A DNA stretch of 64,000 nt, taken from positions 73,144 to 137,143 of the forward strand of contig JAIETP010000008.1 in assembly GCA_019744975.1 (NCBI GenBank). The letters are read 5' to 3'. The notes beneath the pieces are model-generated. The model saw only the letters and a list, made by a program, of their open reading frames with translations, was not told where the DNA came from and did no database searches. Positions 35,773-45,573 of the stretch are shown piece by piece. Each line of letters begins with the position of its first letter. The first letter of the stretch is position 1. A program made the translations under genes and the position numbers. The DNA is from Burkholderiales bacterium. GTDB lineage: Bacteria; Pseudomonadota; Gammaproteobacteria; Burkholderiales; SG8-41.

Positions 35773-35855
35773 CTATGTCATGGATTTTATTGATGATAAA
35801 CAAACCCGCGGATACGGGTTAATCCCGCCGGCGTCAGCACGTAAAATAGCCGCTT

Positions 35856-38800
35856 ATGCAGCCTGCGTTCATTCATCTGCGCTTGCACAGCGAATATTCC
35901 ATCGTTGATGGCATCGTGCGCGTCGATGACGCCTTGGCCGCGGCCAAGGCCGACGGCATGCCGGCGCTGGGCCTGACCGACCTCGGCAATGTGTTCGGCA
36001 TGGTCAAGTTTTATCAGGCGGCGCGGGCAGCAGGTCTCAAACCGATCACCGGCTGCGACCTCTGGCTCAGCAACAGGGCGGACCGCGACAATCCCTTCCG
36101 GGTGCTGCTGCTGGCGCAGAATTACCAGGGTTATCTGCGGCTGTGTGAACTGCTGACCCGCGCCTATCGCAGCAACCAGTATCGCGGCCGCGCCGAAGTG
36201 ATGAAGGAATGGCTGACCGAGACCGGGACTGACGGTTTGATCGCGTTGTCTGGTGCACATCATGGCGATGTCGGCCAGGCGCTGGTTTCCGGTCACGAAG
36301 ATGCCGCGTGCCGGCTGGCGCAGGAATGGGCGACGCTGTTCCCCGGCCGTTATTACCTCGAAGTACAGCGCCTCGGGCCGCAGGCAATGACCGGGGGTGC
36401 AGCGACCGTCCCGGTGGAGCAGCATGTCGAGCGTGCGTTGCGGCTGGCGGGCGCGCTGGGCCTGCCCGCCGTGGCCACACATCCGGTGCAGTTCCTCAAG
36501 CCCGAAGATTTTCGCGCGCACGAGGCGCGGGTGTGCATCTCCGAAGGCTACATCCTGTCCGACCAGCGCCGGCCGAAACGTTTCAGCGGCGAACAGTATT
36601 TCAAAACCCAGCGCGAGATGGTGGAACTGTTCGCCGACGTGCCGGAGGTACTGGAAAACACCATTGAAATCGCCAAACGCTGCACGCTGGGCCTGACGCT
36701 GGGCAAAAGCCGGCTGCCGCATTTCCCGACGCCGGAGAATGTCAGCCTGGAGCAGCATTTGCGCGAGCAGGCGGGGGCGGGCCTGGATACGCGCATGGCC
36801 GAGCTGTATCCGGATGCGGCGGAGCGCGCGAAGCAGGATCCGACCTATCGCGAACGCCTGGAATTCGAGATCAAGACCATCCTGCAGATGGGTTTTCCGG
36901 GTTATTTCCTGATCGTCGCCGACTTCATCAACTGGGCGAAAAACAATGGTGTACCGGTGGGTCCGGGCCGCGGTTCGGGCGCCGGTTCGCTGGTGGCGTA
37001 CAGCCTCGGCATCACCGACCTGGATCCGCTGCGTTACAACCTGCTGTTCGAGCGTTTTCTAAATCCGGAACGGGTGTCGATGCCCGATTTCGACATCGAC
37101 TTCTGCCAGGACGGGCGCGACCGCGTCATTGACTACGTAAAAACGCGCTACGGCGCGGATTCGGTGTCGCAGATCGCCACCTTCGGCACCATGGCGGCCA
37201 AGGCCGTAGTGCGCGATGTCGGTCGCGTACTCGACCTCGGCTACAACTTCTGCGATCAATTGGCCAAGCTGATTCCGTTCCAGCCGGGTAAACACATCAC
37301 GCTGGAAGAAGCGCGCAAGATGGAACCACAGTTGGCCGAGCGCGAGAAAAAAGAGGAGGAGGTCGCCGAACTGCTGGAACTGGCCGGCACCCTCGAGGGC
37401 CTCACGCGCAATGTCGGCATGCATGCGGGTGGTGTGCTGATCGCGCCGGGCAAACTCACGGATTTCTGCCCGCTGTATGTCGCCGATGCGTCGAATGCGG
37501 CGGTCAGCCAGTTCGACAAGGACGACGTCGAGGCCATCGGTCTCGTCAAGTTCGACTTTCTCGGCCTGACCACGCTGACCATCCTCGACTGGACGCTGCG
37601 TTACATCAAACAGCTTGATCCAAAATCGGAACTCAAGCTGGAAAAGCTGCCGCTCGACGACAAGGCGGCCTACGATATTTTTGCAAAGGCCAATACTTCG
37701 GCCGTGTTCCAGTTTGAATCGCGCGGCATGCGCGACATGCTGAAAAGCGCCAAACCCGACCGCTTCGACGACATTATCGCGCTGGTGGCGCTGTATCGTC
37801 CGGGTCCGATGGAACTGATCCCAGAATTCTGCGCGCGCAAACACGGCAAACGCTTCAGTTATCCCGATCCGCGCGTCGAAAGCATCCTCTCCGAGACCTA
37901 CGCCATCATGGTCTACCAGGAGCAGGTGATGCAGATGGCGCAGATCATCGGCGGCTACAGCCTCGGCGGCGCCGACCTGTTGCGCCGCGCGATGGGCAAG
38001 AAAAAGCCGGAAGAAATGGCCGAACACCGCGGCCTGTTCCGCGAAGGCGCGGCGAAAAACGGGTTGAATCAGGGCAAGGCCGACGAGTTGTTCGACCTGA
38101 TGGAAAAATTCGCCGGCTACGGTTTCAATAAATCGCATGCCGCGGCGTACGCGCTGGTCGCCTACCAGACCGCGTACATGAAGGCGCACCACCCGGCCGC
38201 GTTCATGGCGGCCAACATGTCGGCGGTGATGAATGACACCGACAAGGTGCAGCAGCTGGTCGATGATGCGCGCGACAACAAACTGGAAGTGCTGGCGCCT
38301 GATGTCAATTCCGGCGGTTATCGTTTCGAACCGGTTGACGAAAAACGCATCCGTTACGGCCTCGGCGGCATCAAGGGCACCGGCGAAGGCGCGATCCAGC
38401 AGATCGTCGAGGTGCGCAGCTCCGGCGGGCCGTTCAGGGATTTGTTTGATTTCTGCCACCGCGTCGACAAACGAGTGGTCAACCGGCGCGTGGTCGAGTC
38501 GCTGGTCCGTGCGGGGGCTTTTGACGGCGTCAACGACAATCGCGCGGAGCTGATGGCCTGTGTTGGCCTCGCGCTGGAGAGCGCGGAGCAGGCGAGTCGC
38601 TCCGCCTCACAGAACAGTTTGTTCGGCGACGCCGTTGATGCGCCGCGGGTGGTGGCGCCGGCGAATATTGCGCGCTGGAGCAAAAAGGAACTGCTGCAGA
38701 ACGAAAAGCTGGCGCTGGGGTATTACCGCAGCGACCATTTGTTCAACGTCTATCGCGACGAAGTGCGGCGCATGGTCGGCAAAAAGCTCGGCGACCTGCA

Positions 38801-39365
38801 GACTGCCAGCGACATCGGCGGGCGCACGGCGAACATCGCCGGCGTGGTGCTGTCGGTGCGCGTGCAGAACACCGCCAGCGGCCGCATGGGCATCGTCACG
38901 CTGGCCGACGACACCGGCAAACATGAAGTGGTGGTGTTCCGCGAGGTGTTCGACCGCCATCGCCACAAGCTGCGCGAGGATGAGCTGCTGGTGATCGAGG
39001 TGCGCGGCCGCCAGCGTTACCGCAGTCCCGACGCCGAAGATGGCGGCGGCGGGGGTGGTGGCGCGGGTGACAACTCACTGCGGCTGGAGGCGATGGACAT
39101 CATGGATCTCAACGAGGCGCGCAACCGTTATGCACGCGGCATCCGCCTGACCTGCAACGGCCAATCCTCGGGCAGCAAACTGAAAGAGTTGCTCGGACCG
39201 CATCGCCAGGGCCGTTGTACGGTGGCGATCGAATACAGCAGCAATGGTGCGCGTTGCGAAGTGAAGCTGGGGGCGGACTGGCAGGTCAATCTCAATGAAG
39301 ACCTGTTGCGCTCGCTGGGTGAATGGCTGAAGCCGGAGAACGTCAATATTGATTACGGGAACTAG
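35856..39365 (+). CDS. dnaE: DNA polymerase III subunit alpha
   Basis: 1169 aa. PHP domain start (FIHLRLHSEYSIVDG), the polymerase core (GPGRGSGAGSLVAY, FDIDF) and an OB-fold tail. Confidence 0.98.
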   Translation: MQPAFIHLRLHSEYSIVDGIVRVDDALAAAKADGMPALGLTDLGNVFGMVKFYQAARAAGLKPITGCDLWLSNRADRDNPFRVLLLAQNYQGYLRLCELLTRAYRSNQYRGRAEVMKEWLTETGTDGLIALSGAHHGDVGQALVSGHEDAACRLAQEWATLFPGRYYLEVQRLGPQAMTGGAATVPVEQHVERALRLAGALGLPAVATHPVQFLKPEDFRAHEARVCISEGYILSDQRRPKRFSGEQYFKTQREMVELFADVPEVLENTIEIAKRCTLGLTLGKSRLPHFPTPENVSLEQHLREQAGAGLDTRMAELYPDAAERAKQDPTYRERLEFEIKTILQMGFPGYFLIVADFINWAKNNGVPVGPGRGSGAGSLVAYSLGITDLDPLRYNLLFERFLNPERVSMPDFDIDFCQDGRDRVIDYVKTRYGADSVSQIATFGTMAAKAVVRDVGRVLDLGYNFCDQLAKLIPFQPGKHITLEEARKMEPQLAEREKKEEEVAELLELAGTLEGLTRNVGMHAGGVLIAPGKLTDFCPLYVADASNAAVSQFDKDDVEAIGLVKFDFLGLTTLTILDWTLRYIKQLDPKSELKLEKLPLDDKAAYDIFAKANTSAVFQFESRGMRDMLKSAKPDRFDDIIALVALYRPGPMELIPEFCARKHGKRFSYPDPRVESILSETYAIMVYQEQVMQMAQIIGGYSLGGADLLRRAMGKKKPEEMAEHRGLFREGAAKNGLNQGKADELFDLMEKFAGYGFNKSHAAAYALVAYQTAYMKAHHPAAFMAANMSAVMNDTDKVQQLVDDARDNKLEVLAPDVNSGGYRFEPVDEKRIRYGLGGIKGTGEGAIQQIVEVRSSGGPFRDLFDFCHRVDKRVVNRRVVESLVRAGAFDGVNDNRAELMACVGLALESAEQASRSASQNSLFGDAVDAPRVVAPANIARWSKKELLQNEKLALGYYRSDHLFNVYRDEVRRMVGKKLGDLQTASDIGGRTANIAGVVLSVRVQNTASGRMGIVTLADDTGKHEVVVFREVFDRHRHKLREDELLVIEVRGRQRYRSPDAEDGGGGGGGAGDNSLRLEAMDIMDLNEARNRYARGIRLTCNGQSSGSKLKELLGPHRQGRCTVAIEYSSNGARCEVKLGADWQVNLNEDLLRSLGEWLKPENVNIDYGN

Positions 39366-40056
39366 ATTGCGCGCCATATGCGCTGCCGTATTGCTGGGGT
39401 TCGCCGTGCAGGTCCCGGCCGGCGAAGTCGAATGGAAAATGCTGACCGACCAGGCCAACCTGCATCTGCAGCGCGGCAGCCTGCAGCAGGCGGAACTGTT
39501 TGCGCGCGAGGCGATCGCCGAGGCCGATCGCAGTTTTGGTCAAAAGCATCGAGCCTACGACCAGAGCATCGCAACGCTGGGCCTGGTGCTGCGTTTTGCG
39601 CAGAAGTATCCCGAAGCGGAGAAGGAGTTCCGCCGTGCGCTGGTGCTGCGCGAAAAGGCGCTGGGACCGCGCGATCCGGCGGTGGCCATCCTGGTCAACA
39701 ACCTTGCCGATGTGGTGCAGGCGCAAAAAAAATATGCCGAAGCCGAGAAGCTGCACCGCCGTGTGCTGGCGGTGTTCGAAAAAACCTATGGTGACGATCC
39801 GAAAACCGCGGCCAGCCTGAACAATCTCGGTGCGACACTGCATGCGCAGGGACGCAATGCCGAAGCCGAGCCGGTGCTGCGCCGCGCGCTGGCGATGAAG
39901 GAAAAAACGCTGGGGCCGGGCAGTCCCAGCGTCGCGCACACGCTGAATAACCTGGCGCAGGTGCTGGAAGCGCTGGGACGCAAGGCGGAGGCCGGCAAAC
40001 ACGCGGCGCGCGCCGCGGCGATCCACAAGAACGCCAATGCCGGGGTGAAAAGCTGA
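39349..40056 (+). CDS. tetratricopeptide-repeat protein (TPR_10/12-like), probably secreted
   Basis: Repeated units of the form ...NNLA.V....KY.EAE.L.RR.L...EK..G. There is no ATG. TTG at 39349 or 39367 would give the signal-like LRAICAAVLLGFAVQVPA. It overlaps the dnaE 3' end. Confidence 0.7.
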   Translation: MITGTRLRAICAAVLLGFAVQVPAGEVEWKMLTDQANLHLQRGSLQQAELFAREAIAEADRSFGQKHRAYDQSIATLGLVLRFAQKYPEAEKEFRRALVLREKALGPRDPAVAILVNNLADVVQAQKKYAEAEKLHRRVLAVFEKTYGDDPKTAASLNNLGATLHAQGRNAEAEPVLRRALAMKEKTLGPGSPSVAHTLNNLAQVLEALGRKAEAGKHAARAAAIHKNANAGVKS

Positions 40057-40117
40057 GGGCTGGGCTGAGGGGTGGGTTGGAATGCTGTTTATATATGTTA
40101 TTGATTTTAAAGTAGTT

Positions 40118-40408
40118 TTATGTGGTCTGGCGGATCTCGAAACGACCGCCAAAGTCCTCTGCTGCCGCCACAGTACTGACTGTAACCTCGCTGACCTGTG
40201 ACGCGCGCGGCCCGCGCTGGGCACATTCGATGATCGTGGTCACGGACTGTGGCGCGCCCTGCACCACCGCTTCGACGCTGCCGTCAAGGCGGTTGCGCAC
40301 CCAACCTTTGATGCCGAGTTCGCCGGCCTTGTATTCGATGTAATTTCGATAACCCACGCCCTGTACGCGGCCGCGGATCATGAGATGGCGGGTGATGGTT
40401 TCACTCAT
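40118..40408 (-). CDS. acyP: acylphosphatase
   Basis: Start at ATG 40408. The 96-aa product carries IRGRVQGVGYR and GWVRN...GSVE, the acylphosphatase signatures. Confidence 0.85.
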   Translation of the reverse strand: MSETITRHLMIRGRVQGVGYRNYIEYKAGELGIKGWVRNRLDGSVEAVVQGAPQSVTTIIECAQRGPRASQVSEVTVSTVAAAEDFGGRFEIRQTT

Positions 40409-40522
40409 GAGTGACGCTGGTTCCTGTTGCAGTGTTGATGAGTGCGGAGTAGTCTGGCTGCGCAATTTCCAAACCGCATAATCACATAATAATTTTATTT
40501 AATTCAGTGATTGGAGGAGTTT

Positions 40523-40963
40523 ATGAAAAAAACATCCATTGCAGCAGTAGTGGCCGTCGCCGTGCTGGCCACAGGTTGCGCGGCCACCGGCGGCAATTCC
40601 AACGTCGGCGAAGACAAGGTGGTCTACCACGTCAACGATTCCAAGGTTCAGGCCGCCAATGCGCTGCGCAACGTCGGCAACCATCTTGAAGTGAATCCGA
40701 AGGCGAAGATCGTTGTTGTCACTCATGCCCAGGGCGTCGATTTCCTGTTCGACGGCGCCAAGGATGCAAACGGCAATCCTTTCAACATTTCTGTCGAGCA
40801 GTTGAAAGCCCAGGGTGTGCAGTTCGACGTCTGCGAGATCACCCTGCGCAATCGCAAACTGACACGCGGCCAGTTCATTCCGGAAGCGAAGTTCGTGCCC
40901 TCGGGCGTGGCCGAGATCACCCGCCTGCAGCAGCGCGAAGGTTACGCCTACCTGCGTCCTTGA
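40523..40963 (+). CDS. DsrE/DsrF-like family protein with lipoprotein signal
   Basis: ATG 40523 after GGAGG. Lipobox LATGCAA. The VVYHVND...VVVTHAQGVDFL pattern resembles COG1416/DsrE-like proteins from memory. Confidence 0.6.
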   Translation: MKKTSIAAVVAVAVLATGCAATGGNSNVGEDKVVYHVNDSKVQAANALRNVGNHLEVNPKAKIVVVTHAQGVDFLFDGAKDANGNPFNISVEQLKAQGVQFDVCEITLRNRKLTRGQFIPEAKFVPSGVAEITRLQQREGYAYLRP

Positions 40964-40985
40964 TTTAAGTTGGTGACATACCAAC

Positions 40986-41069
40986 ACCGTTCCCCCTGAG
41001 CCACTTCGACGTTGCTCAGGACAGGCTTGTCGAAGGGGGCAGGGCTTCGACGGGCTCAGCCCGAACGGC
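40986..41069. repeat. REP-like palindromic element, same family as 29033-29117
   Basis: accgttccccctgagcc...gctcaggacaggcttgtcgaag...gggctcagcccgaacgg. The core is the reverse complement of the core at 29069-29090. Confidence 0.7.
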
Positions 41070-41091
41070 TTCTGTTTTTATGTCACAGGAA

Positions 41092-42714
41092 TCAGCCAGC
41101 CACGGCCGTCGCACGCGCCATGCCTGCGGCGCGATCGGCGCACAGGTTCTGTTCGCCGAGTTTCTGCGCAAACCCTGAACGCTGGAACAGCGACAGGGGT
41201 TGCGCGCCGGCGCCCGCAATAATCAGCGTCTTGCCGTTTTTTGCCATCTTCCGGCGCAGGGCTTCGAGGATGTCGAGGCCGGTGGTGTCGACATTGATGG
41301 TTTTCTGCAGGTCAAGTACGAGCACCCGTGCTGGATCTGCCGGATCGGCGCGGGCCAGCAATGGTTCGAGTTTGTTGGCGGAGCCGAAAAACAGCGAACC
41401 GAACATTTCGTAGGCACACACACTGCGTGATGTTCCGCTGACGGTGATCTCGGTGATGCCGGTCAGCGATGACATGCGGGTGATGAACAGCAGCGCCGCC
41501 ATCACCAGCCCGGCTTCGACGGCCACAGTCAGGTCGAACACCACGGTCAGCACAAAAGTCGCGAGCAGGATCGCGCGATAGTTCATCGTGTAGCGGCGCA
41601 TTTCGCGGAAATCACCCCATTCGCCCATTTTCCAGGCGACCACGACGAGGATGGCCGACAGCGCGGCCAGCGGCACATGTCTGGCCAGGGGGGCCGCGAC
41701 CAACACGATGGCGAGCAGCGTCAGCGCGTGCACGATGCCGGATATCGGACCGAATGCGCCCATGCGCACATTGGTGCTGGTGCGGGCGATGGCGCCGGTG
41801 GCGCAGAAGCCGCCGAACAGCGGGGCAACGATGTTGGCGATGCCCTGCGCCATCAGTTCCTGGTTGGGTTTGTGGCGGTCATCAATCATGTTGTCGGCGA
41901 CAGTGGCCGAGAGCAGCGATTCGATGGCGCCGAGCAGTGCAATGGCAATGGCCGGTGCGATCAGGTGGCGCATGGTCGCAAGTGTGAGTTCGGGGAAGGC
42001 GAAGCCGGGGAGAGTCTGCGGGATGCCGCCGAAACGCGAACCGATGGTTTCCACCGGCAGGTTGAACAAGGCCACTGCCGTGGTGCCCGCAAGCAGTGCG
42101 ACGATGGGTGAGGGTACGGCGCGCCAGGCCTGCGGCCAGAACACGATCAGTGCCAGGCAGGCGAGGGCCAGTGCGAACGCAGCCCAGTTGATGGTGTGCA
42201 GAGCCTGCCACAACACGGCGATCTGCGCGAAAAACTCCGCCGGCAGCTGCCCGGTGGCCAGACCGAAAAAATCCCGCACCTGGGACAGCAGGATCAGCAC
42301 CGCGATGCCCTTGGTGAAACCGCTGATCACCGATACCGGGATGAAACGGATCCACGTGCCCATGCGCAGCAATCCCATCGCCAGCAGCATGAAGCCCGCC
42401 ATCAGCGTGCAGATCAGCAGGTTGGCGACGCCATGCTGGACGACGATGCCGTAGACGATGACGATGAAGGCGCCGGTGGGGCCGCCGATCTGCACCCTGG
42501 AGCCGCCGAGTGCGGAGATGATGAAGCCGGCGATGATCGCGGTGTAGATGCCGGATTCCGGCGTCATGCCTGATGCAATCGCGAACGCAATCGCCAGCGG
42601 CAGCGCCAGCACACCGACCGTCATTCCCGCCAGCACGTCATTGCGCAGGCGGACGGCGTTGTACTCCCCGAGGACTTCGAGCAGGCGCGGGCGGAAGCGG
42701 GGCAATGCCGGCAT
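41092..42714 (-). CDS. SulP-family inorganic anion transporter with C-terminal STAS domain
   Basis: 540 aa. Multi-TM core and a C-terminal STAS domain (VLVLDLQKTINVDTTGLDILEAL). Confidence 0.92.
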   Translation of the reverse strand: MPALPRFRPRLLEVLGEYNAVRLRNDVLAGMTVGVLALPLAIAFAIASGMTPESGIYTAIIAGFIISALGGSRVQIGGPTGAFIVIVYGIVVQHGVANLLICTLMAGFMLLAMGLLRMGTWIRFIPVSVISGFTKGIAVLILLSQVRDFFGLATGQLPAEFFAQIAVLWQALHTINWAAFALALACLALIVFWPQAWRAVPSPIVALLAGTTAVALFNLPVETIGSRFGGIPQTLPGFAFPELTLATMRHLIAPAIAIALLGAIESLLSATVADNMIDDRHKPNQELMAQGIANIVAPLFGGFCATGAIARTSTNVRMGAFGPISGIVHALTLLAIVLVAAPLARHVPLAALSAILVVVAWKMGEWGDFREMRRYTMNYRAILLATFVLTVVFDLTVAVEAGLVMAALLFITRMSSLTGITEITVSGTSRSVCAYEMFGSLFFGSANKLEPLLARADPADPARVLVLDLQKTINVDTTGLDILEALRRKMAKNGKTLIIAGAGAQPLSLFQRSGFAQKLGEQNLCADRAAGMARATAVAG

Positions 42715-42737
42715 TATTCGGAAAGCTGCAGTGCCGG

Positions 42738-43847
42738 TCAGTTGCTGCGGAACTTCTGGATCATTTTTTCATCGAGCTCGATGTCAAAACCGGGGCCGGT
42801 GGTGACCTGCATGATGCCTTTTTTGATCGCCGGGCGGTTGAGCCACATTGATTGCCACACCGGATCCCGCGCCGGATCGGCGAAACATTCGGCATAGGTG
42901 CCGTGGGGCACCGCGGCGAGCAGGTGGCTGGCGATCTGGGCCTCTTCGTGGTGCGCCATTGCCACGCCCGCGGCGCGGCACAGGCCTGCCGCGCGCAGCC
43001 AGTCGGTGACGCCGCCACCTTCCGACACGTCGTAATTGACGAGGTCCACCGCGCCGGCATCGACCAGACGGCGGATGGCATGGCTGGTGATTTCGCTCTG
43101 TCCGGCGGTGACCGGCATGGTGATGGCCTGCCGCACCCGCGCCATCTGCGCGGCGTCGTCGTGCCAGTGGCAGGGCTCCTCGAACCAGCGGATGTTGTAA
43201 GGCTCGACCAGCCGCGCAAAACGGATCGCGTCTTCCGCGGCCCAGCCGCGATTGGCATCGACGCAAATAATAAAATCATCGCCGACCGCCTTGCGAGCTG
43301 TCGCGACGCGTTTTGAATCTTCTTCCGGCGACAGGCCGCCGACCTTGAATTTGCAGCCGGCCATGCCGGCTTCGCGGTAAGAAAGGATTTCACGCGCGAT
43401 GTCGGCATCGGTTTTGCCGGGCATGTAATAACCGCCGATGGAAATGATCGGCAGTTCGGTGGTGTAACCGCCGATCAGTTCGCGCACGCTTTTGCCCAGG
43501 GCTTTGCCGGTCAGGTCCCAGATCGCGCAGTCGACACAGGCGATGGCTTCCAGCAGCAGTTTTTTGTCACCGGCGGAATGGCTCAGTGCAAACATGCGGT
43601 CCCAGGCGCGTTCCCGCTCAAAAATATCCAAGCCTTTGATTACATTGAATAAGTCGTTTTCGATCAGTTTCGCGATTTGCGGCCCGTGGGCGCGGTTGTC
43701 ACCGTTGTAGACATTGCTGGTCAGGCCGCTGTCGGTGCGCAGCCGTGTAATCACGGTGGATCGTTTGAGTACGCTGTAAGTCGAGCCGCCGAAATTTTTG
43801 CTGAGTGGGATGTCAACGGCAATGGCTTCGACGGCTGTGATGCGCAT
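42738..43847 (-). CDS. mandelate racemase/muconate lactonizing enzyme family (enolase superfamily) protein
   Basis: 369 aa with the metal-ligand regions VDANRGW and IRWFEEP. Confidence 0.86.
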   Translation of the reverse strand: MRITAVEAIAVDIPLSKNFGGSTYSVLKRSTVITRLRTDSGLTSNVYNGDNRAHGPQIAKLIENDLFNVIKGLDIFERERAWDRMFALSHSAGDKKLLLEAIACVDCAIWDLTGKALGKSVRELIGGYTTELPIISIGGYYMPGKTDADIAREILSYREAGMAGCKFKVGGLSPEEDSKRVATARKAVGDDFIICVDANRGWAAEDAIRFARLVEPYNIRWFEEPCHWHDDAAQMARVRQAITMPVTAGQSEITSHAIRRLVDAGAVDLVNYDVSEGGGVTDWLRAAGLCRAAGVAMAHHEEAQIASHLLAAVPHGTYAECFADPARDPVWQSMWLNRPAIKKGIMQVTTGPGFDIELDEKMIQKFRSN

Positions 43848-43874
43848 GGTGCTCCTTCAGGGGTGAACGGAACC

Positions 43875-45119
43875 TCAGATAAAAACGATCAGCGCACCCA
43901 GTACCAGGGCGCCACCGACGGCGCCGAGGAATATCTGCCGGTCGCGGGTGGACCATGGCGGTGCGCGCATCACGGTGTTGGCGCCCCAGTTGCGCTCGGA
44001 TTCATCGCCGGCATCCAGGATGGCGGCATCAATGGAGTGGCGGCTGACGCCGAAGTTGGCGGCGAAAGCATTGGGGTCGGTGATGGCGCCGGTTTTCACC
44101 GCGAGGCGCATGGTGGCGGCCATCGAGTCGAATTCCTTGGCCAGACCGCGCGAGGGGATGGTGTCGCCGGGGAGAGTGGGTTCCAGGCTGCGATCCTCGG
44201 CGCGTGTCGCCGGTATCGTGGTGGTGTCAAACAGCATTTGCTGCGATTCCGTGCCCACCGGTAGTGTGGCGATCAGCGTCGGCACGGTGGCGCCCAGACC
44301 CTGCTGACGGCAGGCGCGCAGGTCAGAGGCGAGTTCGGCAATGCTGGCGTAACGTTCGTCGGCGGTCTTGGCCAGCGCCTTGGCGATGATCAGGTCGAGC
44401 ATCTGCGGCAGGGCGGTGTTGACCGTGCTTGGCGGGGGCGGCGTGAAGTTGACGATCTGGAACATCAGCGAGTTGACGTCGATGCCGTTGAACGGCGGCT
44501 GTCCGGCAACCATTTCGTAGAGGATCACGCCCAGCGAAAAAATGTCGGCGCGGCCGTCGGAGCGTTTGCCCAGCACCTGTTCCGGCGACAGGTAACGCGG
44601 CGAACCCAGCACCACGCCGGTCTGCGTGCGCACATCAGCGGTGCGCATGCGGGCGATGCCGAAGTCCATGATTTTTACCCGGCCGTCACCGAGGATCATG
44701 ATGTTGGCCGGCTTGATGTCACGATGCACGACATCATGCTGGTGCGCATAAGCAAGGCCGTCAGCAGCCTGCGCGGCGATTTCCAGCGCGCGATCCACTG
44801 TCAGTTCGCGGCCTACGATCAGTTCCTTCAGTTCGCGGCCTTCGAGGAATTCCATCGCCATGTAGGCGAGATCGCCGCTGCGGCCGATGTCATGGATGGT
44901 GACGATGTTCGGATGGTTGAGGCCGCCGGCGGCGCGCGCCTCGATGGTGAACCGTTTTTCGTAGTGCTCCATCTCGCCCGGATCGAGCGCCATGTTGATG
45001 GTCTTGATGGCGACCGTGCGTTCCAGCATCGGGTCGACGGCACGGTAAACCACGCCCATCGCGCCGCGGCCGATTTCGGAAACGACGTCGTAACGACCGA
45101 TCTGCTTGGGCTGGGTCAT
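43875..45119 (-). CDS. Hanks-type serine/threonine protein kinase, C-terminally tail-anchored
   Basis: GRGAMGVVYRA, AIK, HRDIKPANI, DFGIA and SPEQ are present. A single TM helix sits at the extreme C-terminus (IFLGAVGGALVLGALIVFI). There is no extracytoplasmic sensor domain. Confidence 0.9.
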   Translation of the reverse strand: MTQPKQIGRYDVVSEIGRGAMGVVYRAVDPMLERTVAIKTINMALDPGEMEHYEKRFTIEARAAGGLNHPNIVTIHDIGRSGDLAYMAMEFLEGRELKELIVGRELTVDRALEIAAQAADGLAYAHQHDVVHRDIKPANIMILGDGRVKIMDFGIARMRTADVRTQTGVVLGSPRYLSPEQVLGKRSDGRADIFSLGVILYEMVAGQPPFNGIDVNSLMFQIVNFTPPPPSTVNTALPQMLDLIIAKALAKTADERYASIAELASDLRACRQQGLGATVPTLIATLPVGTESQQMLFDTTTIPATRAEDRSLEPTLPGDTIPSRGLAKEFDSMAATMRLAVKTGAITDPNAFAANFGVSRHSIDAAILDAGDESERNWGANTVMRAPPWSTRDRQIFLGAVGGALVLGALIVFI

Positions 45120-45134
45120 CGGTGATTGCCGCGG

Positions 45135-45563
45135 TCAGCGTCCGCGTACATTGCGGTACACCGGGCCCCAGGTCGGATGTCCGGCCTCTGCCGGGCTCAG
45201 GCTGAATTTCGGGTCGGCCGCGATTGCGTTGCTGAATTCCTGGCGGCATTGCGCAATGCGTTCAGTGACGCAGTAGATGAATGCCAAGTACTTGTAGGCA
45301 CGTGCCTGGTCGGTGCGCGAGGCCAAGCCCTCGCCCAGGGCGCCCTGGATCAGGCGCTGCGCATTGGCGTAGTTGCCTTCTTCATATTGAGTGATGCCTG
45401 ATTTCAGCCGCGCTTCCGGCGTTGGTATTGCGGTTTCTTCAGTTGATTTGGCGCGCGCCTTTTCAAAATCCAGAGAGTCGGCGACGCTCTGTACGCCCTT
45501 TTTGACGGTTTCACAGCCACTCAGAAGCGGTATCAGCAACAGCATGATGATGAACAAACGCAT
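45135..45563 (-). CDS. TPR-like lipoprotein (possibly TssQ-like)
   Basis: I prefer the start at ATG 45563 (MRLFIIMLLLIPLLSGC lipobox). The C-terminal AEAGHPTWGPVY motif resembles, from memory, TssQ-type T6SS-associated lipoproteins. That family call is unverified. Confidence 0.6.
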   Translation of the reverse strand: MRLFIIMLLLIPLLSGCETVKKGVQSVADSLDFEKARAKSTEETAIPTPEARLKSGITQYEEGNYANAQRLIQGALGEGLASRTDQARAYKYLAFIYCVTERIAQCRQEFSNAIAADPKFSLSPAEAGHPTWGPVYRNVRGR

Positions 45564-45573
45564 TGCATTTCCC

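Noticed and set aside
35787-38459. Large minus-strand ORFs 35787..36758 (323 aa) and 37059..38459 (466 aa).
   Set aside because: Both are antisense to dnaE, are Arg/His/Ala-rich and match no recognisable family.
39030-39075. Poly-Gly run (DAEDGGGGGGGAGD) in the DnaE C-terminal region as an insertion of interest.
   Set aside because: E. coli DnaE also has a Gly-containing loop at the equivalent position before the conserved MD(I/L).EAR..YA motif. This is probably a low-complexity linker expansion only.
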